A stretch of DNA of 64,000 nucleotides from Camelus dromedarius (GCF_036321535.1 NC_087437.1:62684001-62748000); one strand, 5' to 3'. Positions 38,838 through 52,567 are shown, counted from the first letter of the stretch. The notes: generated from the letters alone by a model not told the origin. Program-made: numbers and translations.

Positions 38838-41494
38838 CTGAAAAGAGAAGAATAAATAGCCTTACAGAAGTGTACGCTAGAAAGTCATCTGGAAGCCCTC
38901 GTGCCCTCCCCAGCCTAGCCACAGCCAATATGGTAGATCAGTAATCAAGGCTGTTCTCACCGAACCTCAGTGAGGCACCAGGAGACCAGAGACGCCCATC
39001 TTCCTGCGGCAGGGAGCCCAGAGCCGCCGCCTTCTCAGGCAGTCAGGATGTACTTGGCCTAATGGGCTGCTAATTTCCCAGACATAACGAACATTATCAA
39101 AGTGATTGATCTCTGGGTAAGAGCTCCAGAGGTAAAGCTAATCATCGCAATTCTACACCAAACAAGCAGTTAGAAAAGAAAATTAGTTGTAGGACCAGCA
39201 AATGCAAATTGATAAAGGGAGGGTAGTGATAGGAGAATTTGTTTGGTAAAATCAGCTACAATTTTCTGTGAAGAGGCCAATGAGATGTGGATAAGAAAAG
39301 GTGAAGAGATTTATTTACCCTTTTCTAAAAACATCTTTGCTAAGGTTATCTACCAAGGGCCTTCTTTCATTCATTAATTTCTTTCATCTTTTAATTAAGG
39401 TGTTGCAGGACTGAGAAGCAAGTTAAAGGGATTAATATGTTACTCTAGAAAGAGCTAAGGGTAAAGGATTCTAATCCAGGGACTAGCATCTGCAGCTGCT
39501 AACCTCTGGATCATCTTAAGTGAGACAGCTAAAATTGTTCTATGTTTCAATTTTTCTTAATTTGCAAACTGGGTCTCTCCTTTCTATAGACTATGAAGGA
39601 ATAGACAGAGACAACAGTTGTAAAACCCTTTGAAAAATAAGAAATGCTCTACAATGCTGAGTTTCCCCCACCGTTCCCACGGATGAAACTGTTAACAATA
39701 AGGATGCTCAAAAATGGGGTCAATCTTAACATTTTTACAAGTGCCGTGGAAGAAAGATCACACAGCGATGCTTAGCATTTCATTACGCAAATTGGCAGAA
39801 GCAATGTGGGCAAACAGTAAGACCAGAGATCAAGGTCAAGGTGGGCAACTGTAAATAAAATATGGAAGAGTAATCCAAACCATCTATACAAGATGCTTGT
39901 CTACTGCAGCTGCTGCAGGAAAAGGAAGGGCTTTACGTCAATAGTCTTTGAAGACTCTGATCAGTCCTAAGGTTAAAGTCACAAAGATCAAGAAGTGCCC
40001 CCAAAGGCAGCAGGAACAAATGGCTTGGGCATGGTCTTAAAAAGCCCATATTTGGAGTACCTGTCACTCGCTTAGCTGCTGTATTTCAACATGGGCTGAA
40101 TAGAGGCAGGAAAAGTCCAGGATACATAAAGTGCATGAGGTGACCAGTGGCCATTACATGAAACAGGTGGAGAGTATTAGAACTGGAGGCTGAAAAACTT
40201 AAAGCCGTGAAGAGATGTCAACTTTCTTTTCCCCAACTCCACCCCCAAATCAACAGAATGTTCCGAGAACCAAACATGAATGTGGTATCAACACTAGACA
40301 CTAGAATTAAGAGGACAGGGTCTTCAAGCTTGAGAGCTTTCTTTAAACTTGACATAAAGGTATTTCACAGAACAAGTAATCAACCATGGAAGTTGTCCTC
40401 CAGAGAAGGAGCACAGGCTAAAAATACAGAAAGGTCAAGAAGAGTTTAGCTAAATTTACAGATTCAGGATCTGTAGCCAGTGATTAAGGAAATGAGTGTC
40501 TGGTGCTGAGGCTTGACAAGCCACCGGACAGATGGGCTTTCCAAAGACATGTGCCATGTCCCCTAGTGCCATCACCAGGGACAGGCTCCCCAGATGGACC
40601 CAGATGGACTCAGCTGGTGACTGATCTGATTACATGCCTTTTACTTCCCCTCCCCCTGTCCCCACTGTCCTGTTCCAGCCTTTGTTCTGCAGCCTGTTGG
40701 CTGGCAGGGTGCTGGCTGCAAGGCCTGGGAAACAGGCTCACATCTATGCTGCAAGGCCCTCCTGGGGACCATCCCGCTTGGCTGCTCTGCTCTCGTCTCT
40801 TCTACAGAATGAAGGACACCTGGAAAGTCCAAGGTGTCACACGAGGAAATATGTTCCATCTTCTCCTGCCTGACCTGTTATGGGCAAAGGAGCCCAAGTT
40901 ATATCTGGGGAAAGAGTCTCTGGGATGGAGCTGAGGAAGGCAAGGCAGTGAGAGAAGAAGAAGAGGGAAATACAGGGTTTGATTAAGCTGTATGCTGGGT
41001 GATCTGTCTCAAATAGTGGCACTGGCTATAAATACTTATAATAATTCAAAAGTGATTCCCTCTGAGGACCTCGCTGCCTGGGCTAGAGTTGGGACACGGG
41101 GTTCCAGCCAAGTTAAGTAGGGTTGACCTGCAACTGTCTGTGCTGCTCCTGGTGGGGGGTACAAGGTGGCTGGTGGATGAGTGGTGAGCTGGGCAGCCAC
41201 AGGGAGGACTTCTGCCCTGTCTGGGATTCAGGGCCACAGCAGTCTCAGAAGACAAAGGAATAGGTGTACAAAGGAGGAAGCAGTAAATGTTGCCAATGGG
41301 TGCTCCTACAGCCGATGCGAGGTCAGGGAACAGAAATGCAAACAGAATTCAAAAAACCATATTAAGTATGGAGGAAGGCTGTCCCCACAATAAAAAAAAG
41401 AACACGTTGCCTGTCAGCTCGATCTTGGATCACGTACCCATAAAATGCCCTTCCTCTGGGCTCCCAGAAGCGCCCTTTACACACCCTGTGAACA

Positions 41495-42240
41495 GCATTC
41501 ATTTGACCGATCATTTGTTTGTACTCAAGCAAACATTTATTGTGCTTCTACAACATGCTGAATATTTGCAAACTGCTGGAGAAATGAAGATGGATAAGAT
41601 ATGGTTCCCTGCCCACCATAATCCAAGTTACAATGGGCATTCTTCTAGACAGGAGGGTACTGTGGGGGATGAATAAAAGGGGCACGCAGCTTTATGGTGG
41701 GGTGGGGCAGGAAGGGAAAGGCTTAATGGAAGGGGCAGTGCTTGAACTGAGGATTGAGAAGTGGAAAGGATTTCACTGGATACACCAGTGGGAGGATGTT
41801 CCAGGCAGAAGCAGCACTGAGAGTAAAGGATCAAGTTGTGAAACTGCATAGGGCAGCCTGGGGAAGCTGAAAGCTGCCTGGTGTAGGTAGGGTATAGCCT
41901 GTGAAGTGGGAGGAGTGAGGGACTGGCAAGTAACTGTGTTATATCAGTTGCAGGGAGTGGGTACTAGGGAGAGAAGAGGTAGGGAGTGAAACAGATAACC
42001 CTGAAAAAGTACACAGGGATCAGATCACAAGGAGCCCTGTGTGAAGCATACATAATCTGCAAAATTCCCTGAATCACTATGCTCTACACCTAAACACAAG
42101 ATTGTAAATCAAACATACTTCAATTAAAGAAAAAAAAAGAGAAGTAGAGACTTTACTTTCTAAGACCAATGATGGGAGAATTTTAAGCAAGGAAGTTAAC
42201 ATGATTGAATTTAAGTTTTAGAAAGATCAGTCTGAATGCT
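41495..42240 (-). mobile_element. L2 fragment with a short nested L1 tail (about 42068-42139, plus strand)
   Basis: cattcattt...caaacatttattgtgcttctac; nested ctgaatcactatgctctacacct...acttcaattaaagaaaaaaaaa. Confidence 0.65.
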
Positions 42241-44559
42241 CCTAAGAGCTTTTCATGACTTGGGAAAATAGCTCAGATATGACAGTAAAGGAAAATAGGA
42301 CTTAAATTTTATATACTCTGTGATTAACTACATTATTTTAAAAAGGGTCTAGGAGAAAATACATCTAAATTTTAACACTGAATGTATCTAGATGATGTTA
42401 GGAGATTATTTGTGTTTAAACTCTTATTGTTCCAATTTTTCTTGAATGAGCATCTAATGCTTTTATTAGTCAGAAAAGAACTATTAAAGTTTTTTTTTTA
42501 AAAAAAGGAAAAAAATGAAAGAAAAGCAAGATCCCTCTGGTAGTCACATAAAGAGATGTGAGACTGAAATGAGGGAGGAAATGGTTGCAACAGTCCAGGC
42601 AGGAAAGGATTGTGAGCATTAACCCTACACTGTGAGCTCCATTAAGGAAGGTTCTGTGCTGGTAGGACTAGCACATAGCAGGAATCCAAGAATTTAGTGA
42701 ATGAAACTCAACAGAATTCTAAATGAAATTCTTGGGGAGAGGTCAAAGTTCATCTGATAAAATAACAGGTAAGGGAGCTGGTCCAGCACCACCTACCACA
42801 CCAGCCTCCAAGCTGCCCCACCCTTTTATAAAAATTAGTATAAAATCCTCCAACAAAAAGTATTAGAGCTCAGTCATTCCCAGGCAAATTGGGGATAGGA
42901 GTAGGAAAAGACATTTTACAGTAGAAAAACTGAAGTCTGGATTTTCCAGGCAAATGACATTTCAGGTTTGTGACTTGGGGTTAAACCTTTGTGGTGGAAA
43001 TCCAAACTATTCTCTTTCAACTAGCTCAGGAGTGTCTTCCACAGAGGGATGCCAGAGGAACCAGTTCCTGAAAGCACACACCTCCACAACAGATATGATG
43101 GGGCCGTCATTACCCCCTATCTGGACTGTGAACCTCTGCTAACGCTGTCTCATGTCTGATGAAGCAAGCTGATTCATCTAGAGGAGAGCAAAGCGCACAC
43201 ACAAGCGCAGCCTGGCCCTCGCCATGTTCTGTGGCCCACCAGGGGGACCTAGGGAGGGAAATGCTATCAAAGTAGGGCAGGAACCAGAGGGCAGGAAGCT
43301 TTGCTTGAAGCAGGCAGGACTAATTCTCAGGATGCCAGGCTACCAGGTAGACCAACCAAGAGCTCAGCCTTGATCGGTCGCTTTCCTGAAAACAGAAGAT
43401 TACCAGCCAAGGGTCTATCAGTGTCATCCTGAGCCCAATGAACTACTGCAATGTGCCACCTGAAGACAAGAGCTCCGGCAGGAGGCTTTCTTTCTAGGAG
43501 CTCAGTCTTTCATCTCAAGCAGGTGGAATCCTGGGCTTTTCAGAGGCACTGTAGGCTCTCACATGACCAGGAAGCTCTTGCTCCTCAAGCTTGAGGAATA
43601 AAACCAAATCATATAGATTGTTAAGCTACTACCCTACAACAGTCACCCATTCACTGATCTATTGACTGACAAATACTGTGTCCCTGTGCCCCAGGTGTGA
43701 TTACGGAAGATAAAGAATGACAAGGTTGCCTTTCCCTGCCCTTCACAATGCAAATGAGGCGGCTAAGAGCTAACATGTGTGGGATGCTCACTTATCAAGC
43801 TAACAAAGCACATTCACACCTTACTCGGTCATCACCGTATCTCTCTTGAGATTAGACCCAGGTGGACAAAACATCACTGTTGATAAGTGAGAGACTCAAG
43901 CTGACTAAGAAACTTGCCCAGGGCTACACAGTAAATAGTAGAGGCAGGACCAACACCTAGGTCTTCTGAGTCCTTACACACTCAATACCATCAGCACCAC
44001 CAGCACCCCGTATGTCCAGGAAAAGCTTTATTAAAAAGCACACAGGAAAAGCAGGGGGAGTCCTTATTCCTGGCTTGAAGACAATCCCTTAATACAAAAC
44101 TAGAAGAAGTATTTTAGCTCTATTTGGGGGGAGGTGGGTGGAGCTGCTCTCTTGGTAAATAAAACATTGATTAAAGACCAGGGTTGGCAGGTGAAAACTC
44201 AGAAGTGTCCATTCATGTCTAGAGGGACTCGCCAAGAGTTTCTGGGGGAGTCTTGGGGTTTTATCTGCACTGCAGGTGAGTGGGGAGCACCTGCTCTGGT
44301 TCCCTAACAGCAGCTCTCCAGCAGCAGAGGTCACAGCTCCTCGAGGCCATAGTATTGGTATGATCATGTGACCATAAAGCACCAAGGGCAGCTTTGGGAC
44401 TCAGGGACACAAAGGATCTCATGGCTTTAGGGCGGGGGGGGGGCGCCAAATGAATTCTAACTACAGAATTTGGTGCCATCTCTTGAGCAACCAAAAAAGA
44501 AAGCACAAAGAATCTAAGCCCTAGATACAGAAGTCCAAGTATACCAGATGCTCCTGTAA

Positions 44560-45040
44560 CATTTCCAGACTCTGTAAATTGGGAATGACCTTATTAGTTC
44601 TTCTTATATTGAACTAACTTCCACGCACAGGTTCTGTCCTGTGGAGCCACCAAGAATGAGACCAGCCCTTCCTTCCCCTAGTAGTGCTCAGTTTTTGGAA
44701 GACAGCTCTTGTGTGTCTTCTCTCTCCTAACTCCTCCCCATACTTCAGTTTGGTGTCTTCAACTTTCCTTTAAATAACATGGACCACATGATATTGGTTA
44801 CCTCCTCCAGGGCCCTTCTGTTGAGTTCAAGAACATTTTAGAATGCTGCATTCAGAACCTAACACATGACTCACACACAACTCACGACAGGTGTGGTCTG
44901 AAGAGCTCTGAGTACAATGGGGCCGTTACTCCCCTCAACCCGTATGTTGCACTGTCATCAGCCCAGCCTATGATGGCCGCACTGGCTGTTTTGGCAGCTG
45001 GCACACTATTGTACTTACAGTCAAATAAAAACGCCAGAAC
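44560..45040 (-). mobile_element. L3/CR1 ancient LINE fragment
   Basis: caggtgtggtctga...gagtacaatggg...cagcctatgatggccgcactggctgttttggcagc...cagtcaaataaaac resembles antisense CR1/L3 RT region. Confidence 0.6.
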
Positions 45041-47221
45041 TTTTATGGGCCCTAGATTTTTTCTTCTCCTAAGTTAACAAGCTCACGAGGGATGGGCATA
45101 TCAGTCTTGTGGGGTGAAGATGCAACTCAGAATTCTCAAATACGGCTGAGGTAACAACCACCTCCTGGTGCTCCCTCGCTACCCCACAGTGGCTACGGAC
45201 TGGGATGAGGAGAAAGAGAAAGTAGAGGAAAGGAGAAAGGATCAAATATTGGTTAGAAGCTTCTGAGAAACCAAACCACTGCCCTCTCATTTCTTTCCGT
45301 GGCATAGGCTTGGTTTTATGTGTTTGGCCAAAGAAATCTCTGTAATTCTGGGCTCACTGCAAGTCCTCAAAAAGCAGCTCTTGGTGGAAGATGTTAAAGC
45401 CCTTATTACGGTAAGATCACCACAGGAAGACCATTCATCCAAAAGCTATTTGCTGAGAGCCTGTTACAGGGCCGATCAATTCCAACACCCCCCTACACTC
45501 CCTCTCCTCTGGGACCCTTGCTCTTATGGGGCTTCTGAGCATCTTCACTCACATGTTTAACACTGATCACACAAACTCGAGGCCTGTAGAGGCTCCTGAC
45601 AGGCTAACGTAAACAGCAGTAGTAGGAAAAAGGTAACCCAAAACATGAAAAAATACAGATTTTTGGAAACAAGTGTTCACTGATGTAAATGTCAAAGATT
45701 TGTGCACACTAATACAAGGAGGAGAAAATGAAGTCCTAAATGACTCATCGTTTAGCTGCAGAGGTAAGCTGCAAATGAAAAGATGAAGATATTTTAACAA
45801 ATAACACAACGGGACTGTCTAAGAGCTGTCCCAGGCAGTTGGTGGCTTACACAGAAACTGCTGTGGGACTGCAGAAGAGATCTCGTCTGGGCTGGTCAGG
45901 GAAAGCCCTGTGCAGAAATGGGATCTGAGTGGGACCCTGAAGGGCTATTGTGTTTTAGATAAGCCAAAATAAGAGGAAGAACATTCCAGGCAAGTAGGGT
46001 GGTATGAACAGACATAAGGGTGAAGGAAAGCCAAACGCATGTTGGGGGATAGTGAAGAAACCAATTTGGTTGGAGCAGAGTCCCTCTGCCAGAATCATAC
46101 GTGGGTGTTGCAAATGTAGTTTGGAGAACAGACTTCAAAACATGAGACTCCTGGGTAACTGTGGACTTTTCCCATGGGACAGGGCTCTCCAAACTCTGAT
46201 TATATACTTTAATTAGTAAACCCAATTTTGATCATGCACTCCCAAAACATGCAACTTATTTATAAATTAATTTCTGTACTCCTGTGTTATCATTATGCAC
46301 ATAATAAAACATACACAAAACCACTTAAAAATGATGAGTTAAAGAGATTCTAATGTTTTCCTTCAGCACCTCAAAAACCCATCTTGCATACCTCAAGGTG
46401 CCCCCACACTGGAGACCACTGCTTATACCGGCAAGAAGGAGGCAGGGAGCCCTCACTGAGGAGGGAGGCAATGATGGAGTGAGGCTGGGAGGCAGATGAG
46501 GGTGGAGAAGGATTAAGCAACAGCTACTCTGGGCATGAGGTCAGGGCCCTTGCCCAGGTGGTGAAAGAGAAAATGCAAATAAACAGATGATTTTTTAAGG
46601 AAAAAAATTTGAATGGTTATCTGGAGAATGAAGAGGACGTATGGATCAGGGTGGAGAGAAAAGGCAAGTAAGTGAAGAGTGATCAGGGAGATGGGCTTTG
46701 AAAAGTCAAGGTAGTGCCCACAAGAGCACTCAACTCCCACCCTTGAGACAGGCAGAGATGGTGGGAAAACCAACCTTCAGGAGTTTGACACTAGCACTAA
46801 AATATCAGCTAATTTTTTTTTAATTAGGAAGGAAAATTAGAAAGAGAAGAAGAAAGCCGTATGTGTTAAATTTCATTGGTACTCTGTAAGTTGGGATATT
46901 TGAAAAGGGAGTTACTGTAATCAAAATTATTATCAGGCAGCCTTCCCCAGAGAGCATCCACCACTTTCCTTTAATTCTTGGACCAAGTGGAGAAGGGTTT
47001 AAATGGTGCTGATTAACAGGACTGCCCAACAGAAGTCTGGCGGAAGCACATTTATCCTAATGAGAGTTGCAGGAAAAACCAAATGAGTAACATGGATGAT
47101 AGCAAAGGAAAGGAAAATGCTTCAAATTGTCATCCTGTAGTGATACACTTAAAATATGGGAGTGAAAATATGGGAGTAGAAGAACAGTCCTACTCAAACA
47201 AGCTATCCAAAAAATGAGCTC

Positions 47222-48090
47222 CTTTTGAATTAATGTTTTTTTTTTCTTGGATATATGCCCAGGAGTGGAATTGCTGAGCCATATGGTGGTTCTATTTTTA
47301 GGTCTTTGAGAAACCTCCATACTGTTTTCCATAGTGGTTGCACCAATTTACATTCCCACCAACAGTGTACAAGGTTTCCCTTTTCCCCACATCCTTGCCA
47401 ACATTTGTTATTTATATTCTTTTTGATAATGGCCATTCTGACAGGTGTGAGATGGTGTCTCATTGTGATTTTGATTTTCATTTCCCTGATATTAGTGATG
47501 TTGAGAAATTTTTCACGTTCCTGTTGGCCATCTGCATTTCCTCTTGGAAAAATGTCTCTTCAGTTCTTCTGCCCATATTTTAAATGGGTTGTCTGTTTGC
47601 TTTGCTTTTTAATTGCTGTACAGTTGATTTAAAATGTTGTATTAGTTTCTGGTGTACAGCATGGATGGTCTTGGAGGGCATTATGCTAAGTGAAATAATT
47701 CAGACAAAGAAAGACAAATACTGTAAGATGTCACTTACATGTGGAATCTGAAAAAATGCAACAAACTAGTGAATATAACAGAAAAGAAACAGACTCACAG
47801 ATGGAACTAGTGGTCACCAGTGGGGAGAGGGGAGGGGAAGGGGCAAGATGGAGGTGGAGGATTCAGAGGGACAAACTATCAGGTATAAAATAAGCTACAA
47901 GGATGTACTGCACAGCATGGGGAATACAGCCAACATTTTATAATAACTATAAATGGAGTATAACCTTTAAAAATCGTGAATCACTATATTGTATACCTGG
48001 AACATGTAATATTATACATCAACTATACTTCAATTTAAAAATATGATATTGTAAAATAAATTCATAAAGTTAAAAAAATGTTAAAAAAGA
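47222..48090. mobile_element. Composite 5'-inverted L1: ORF2 C-terminus on minus (47222-47600), short minus L1 tail (about 47606-47661), 3' end on plus (47660-48090)
   Basis: ORF 47230..47481 ([12 protein letters not shown]...[30 protein letters not shown]) followed by plus-strand catggatggtcttggagggcattatgctaagtgaaata and an A-rich tail. Confidence 0.88.
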
Positions 48091-48751
48091 AAACACCAGA
48101 AAGGAGCTCTTTCACCAGCATTATGCCGAAACCCTAAATGAGCTCAGACCCATAACTTCTCTCCAACGGTCTGATTGGTCCATGAGACCGTCACAAGCTA
48201 GACCGGTTTTCAGTGGCATACTCTCACGATGGGGACATGCACCATCTCCATTAATTTCTTGTGACGAGGTGTCTGCATACTTTAGCCCATTCCCCTTTAT
48301 AATCAGCAATCTACTTTTGCAAGACTTTGCGAGCTAGAAAACTATCTGAGGTCCCCCAATAAAACTATCCAAATAATCTGGTGTTTTCAAAGATCCAATC
48401 CATGTTCTGTGTCTCAGCAGCATAGTTAGCTCCAGGGCTAACCAGACACACATCAGTCCATTTCCCTGTTGGCCAGGGGACCAGGCTTACAGGGAGGCTG
48501 TTTTGTCTTGGATACTTTTCACCTTTCATCAATGTCACAATCCCAAAAGGACCTGTTAATTGCCCACGCCCATTCTCAAACAAAGCCAAAAAGGACTTTG
48601 GGGTGCAGCTTTTTAGAAACCATCGTTAGCTGGAAACAATCCTATAGGAGAAATGAGGAAAGGTGCAAAGGAGACCATGGCAGAGAGATGTCAGGCCCCG
48701 GGAGCCGCATGGAGGTGAGACACACAGAACTGCCTCCAGGACCCCACTTAC

Positions 48752-48847
48752 CAGCTTGCTTTTGACCAACTGTTCTATTGCACTGACAAGGTCTGCAGCA
48801 GTCGGTACTTCGGTGGAAGCCTGCCGGGCTGCTAGCAAAGAGGAGGA
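48752..48847 (-). CDS. KALRN: KALRN exon, 96 nt, symmetric phase 0: SSSLLAARQASTEVPTAADLVSAIEQLVKSKL
   Basis: Acceptor tcttgcag|TCC, donor CTG|gtaagt; inside ORF 48626..48868. Confidence 0.95.
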
Positions 48848-49411
48848 CTGCAAGACATTGAGCAGCAAAGGAAAAGCAGATTAGCAAGGAATGCAGAATA
48901 GCAATTAGGAAGCCACACGCAAGTCCAAAGCTCAAGGCGCAAGTCCAAAGCTCAAGGCAGGCAAGGGAAGCAAAGCTCTATGATTAGAGGGAAGAGATGA
49001 TTGAAGAAGGTGGGGGGTAGTGAGGGTGTGGGGCTAGTCTGTCTGACCCCTTGTCAGGAGTTCTGGCCAGGAGCGGAGCAGGGGTGGGTCGAGGCTCTCC
49101 CTAGCCAGGCCTCCAGAGGAGCTGAGGGAGGGGTCACTGAGTTCCCAGGAGGCCAACAGGGAAGGGCTGCACCCACTGACAGCAACAGGGGCTGGGGGGG
49201 GGGGCGGTGTGTGACAGGACTGGCCACTACAGGGCTGCCCACTGGCATTCCAGGAAACGGGCGGTCAACAGGCCTAGCCTCCTCGGCTGTGTCCAAAGAA
49301 GAGAAATTGTCCTTGCTCTACTTAGATGAAGATGGTAAATATAGATTGTCATCGTGTGTCAAGTAGAAATTCTAGGGGCAGGGCACTTGTAGACGAGAAA
49401 CTGCCCCCCCA

Positions 49412-49720
49412 ACACACACAGACACACACAGACACACACACACACACACAGACACGCACAGACACACACAGACACACACAGACACGCACAGACACACACA
49501 CAGACACACACACACACAGACACACACACAGACACACACAGACACACACAGACACACACAGACACACACAGACACGCACAGACACACACACAGACACGCA
49601 CACACACAGACACACACACAGACACACACAGACACACACAGACACGCACAGACACAAACACAGACACACACAGACACACACACAGACACACACACACAGA
49701 CACACACACACACACACACA
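49412..49720. repeat. About 310-bp compound (CA)n / CACAGA microsatellite
   Basis: Directly visible; explains the low-complexity ORFs at 49326-49934. Confidence 0.97.
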
Positions 49721-52567
49721 CTCCACACGCTCCTCCACAAACACAGCTCTTCCTGGTAAGGCCCCCAAACTGAAACACTTGGAAGTAATAAAGGGCTTTA
49801 GCAGGACTTGTGTGTCTCACGCTGGAGCAACCGGGGACCATCCCATTCACAGTGAAACAGGGCTCCAGACCAGGGCCTTCCTTCCCCCCACCCCCAACAC
49901 CAGCAGTTAAGGACTGGCCCAGGTGCCTGTCCATTCAGTGGTCTGGGGATTCCAGCTCACTGAGGGATGGTATTTTTTTTCCTTCCTTCTCATACCTGAG
50001 AAGAAACTCGGGGGAGAAATGGTTAACCCTACATGCACGTGTGAGCTTCTCCCTGCCCTGCACTTCAAGGCGGAGGGCAATGGTGTTCCCGGAGCCCAGG
50101 CCGCATGGGCTAGTGACTGTGGGAGTGGTGAGAGGACTGGCCTGGCTGGGCTCAGGCTTCAGATTTGTCCCTTAAGGGGAAGAACTTCAAAAAGGAAGCT
50201 TCTTGTTGTCTAATCTAAGACTCACTTTAGGTCTTTGCTTCTGAGATGGGCCAAAAAAATCAAATAAATGTAATTAACAGAGAGCGAGAGCAACACTCTC
50301 TCCTGGGGAACACAGGAAAAGAGCTGAAGTCTGTTGGGAAATGCAGGTTATCTACACTTTGATCTAGTAATCTTACCCCGGGAACTTATTCCAAGGACAG
50401 AAGTCAAAAGAACAAATGCTGTATACACCGAGTGATTTGTAGCCGAATTACCTAGAGTCAACAACCTTGGATATCCCCAGACAGGCTGGTCAAGCAGATT
50501 ACATCAAATACATCAAGTAAGTGAAATAATTTTAATACCTTGGCTATTGAAATTATAGTTCTGAAGGTAAAACTAATAAGATTTTAGGAAATACTAAACA
50601 TTACTAATATTTAACTTTATAAACATTAAAACTATAGGATTTTGAACACAGCATATGCATATTATAATTATAAAAATAAAACATACACGCATATGAACAA
50701 ATGGAAGCAAATGAGGGGAATCTATCGTACGTGAGAATGGGCGATCTTTTAAAAACTCTTTTAACATAGTGGTAAAAATTATTTTAATAAATCCAACTCC
50801 GTTTGCTAGAATCTCTGAAGCTCATCCCACTCCCAAATATTCCAGAAAAAGAAACATTCAGAAATTAAACAGCAGGACCGTGGAGGCTAAGGTGTCTAAA
50901 ATGGGGCTAACGCCACCTGCTCTAACCCTTTTCCAGGGTTACACAAACGTCCGAGGGTAAGTCCACATTCTGTTAAAAATTATCCAGAAACAACATAACA
51001 TCCTTTCCCCAAAACAAATTGTGTTTGAGGGAATTCGAGGGGAAGGGTTCGTGACCTCTACTTATCTCGTGCAAGCTGGCACTGCCACATGGAGGGCTGT
51101 GTGGGGTGGCAGATAATGCGACCTGAGCGCCCTGCTCCCCCCACACACTAACACTGTTTCTAAAACATCTCACAGGAGGCCTCTGGGAACACAGTAAGTA
51201 GGTTCTGGTTCCCATCTCAAGGCGAAGCACAGGCATTTCCACCCCTGGGAATCCTGGATGGGCACCATGCCATGCTGCCTGCTACTTTGCTTCCCATCAG
51301 CCCAGAGTCAGAGCTGGCCCTGGAGACCAGGGCCACCAACATCATCTTACAAAGGGCCACACCTGTGTGTTTCTCCTGGGTGAGTCACAGAGCAGGGCGG
51401 TGACCATTCTTAGTCATGGGCCTGTCCCTAGACAATGTCCCACTAGCTTAGCACATTGCAAGGCCTTAACCAATGTCTGGGCACTACCGATCCAAACGCG
51501 AAGCAGGGAGAATTAAAGCAAGGCCTGGGATATCACCAGGAACACCGAAGCATCTGCACACAATACTTTCCGAATTGTATCCGGGTGGTGGTGTAAAGGT
51601 TTGCTTCCTGCCCTGAAGGGGCTGCCGACTGCAGGGCAGAGCACTGGAGAGCATCAGGAGACCCTGGAGGGATGGCTAATCACCACCAACAACCCAATAA
51701 AACAGCACTCTGGAAAGCAAATGCAAAGGACCATCAAAAACTGAAATCACCACTTCAGCCTCCAGTGTCCACTGGGACAGCAACACTGAGAGGAGGCAGG
51801 AGAAGCACGATGAAGTGGGAGCGTGCTTGGTGAGGAAGGCCGGTGACGGGGCACACAATGAAAGCAGGGACCTGACCGAGCCTCAGCCAGTACCTGAAGC
51901 ACATCCAACCTGAGTCTCTGTTCCAGAACAATCGAGATGATCACTCTGCGCTTAGAGGCTTGGTGGATGTTCGCGTCTCAGACACCAGTGAGCAAGGGAT
52001 TTTGCAAATCAAACAACTGGGGCAACCTGGTATATCAGGTTGGCAATCTTTGACAACAGCTGCCCCTTAGCAGCATCTCCATCCCTCACGCTGTGGTTGC
52101 AGAATTTTAACAGCACTGGGCTTGGCTGGAGGTTGCTGTGATTTGGATCTCAGAGTTGTGTGTAAGGAAAAGAATTACTGAAACATAGGTTGAACAGTCA
52201 GGTACACCAAAATGATCATGACCTTGAAGCACCTCAGATTCCTTTTTGAGATAAACAGGTTTTTTTTTTTTTTTTTGGATCTGCTGCTTCCAAAGACAGA
52301 GCCATTACCCTCCATCAACAGGGCGAGATACTAGGCAGATTTCCACTTTGCGAATTCTACACACACCCCTCCACTGTGCGGACTGAAGTCAGACCTCCAG
52401 GGATGGGGGACCCCTACCAAATACAGACGGAATGTGCATTGCTTCGGGCCCACGTGGTGTAAGAGGTAACACGGGAGAGAGAGTGTCACTACCCCCACCA
52501 CACACCCACAACGAAATCCCGTGATTTACACACTGCTTTTCCAAGTGAGAAAGCGAAAAAGTCCTAC

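Noticed and set aside
49326..49934. Long ORFs (up to 194 aa) rich in HT or CV repeats
   Set aside because: Artefacts of the stop-free CA/CAGA microsatellite.
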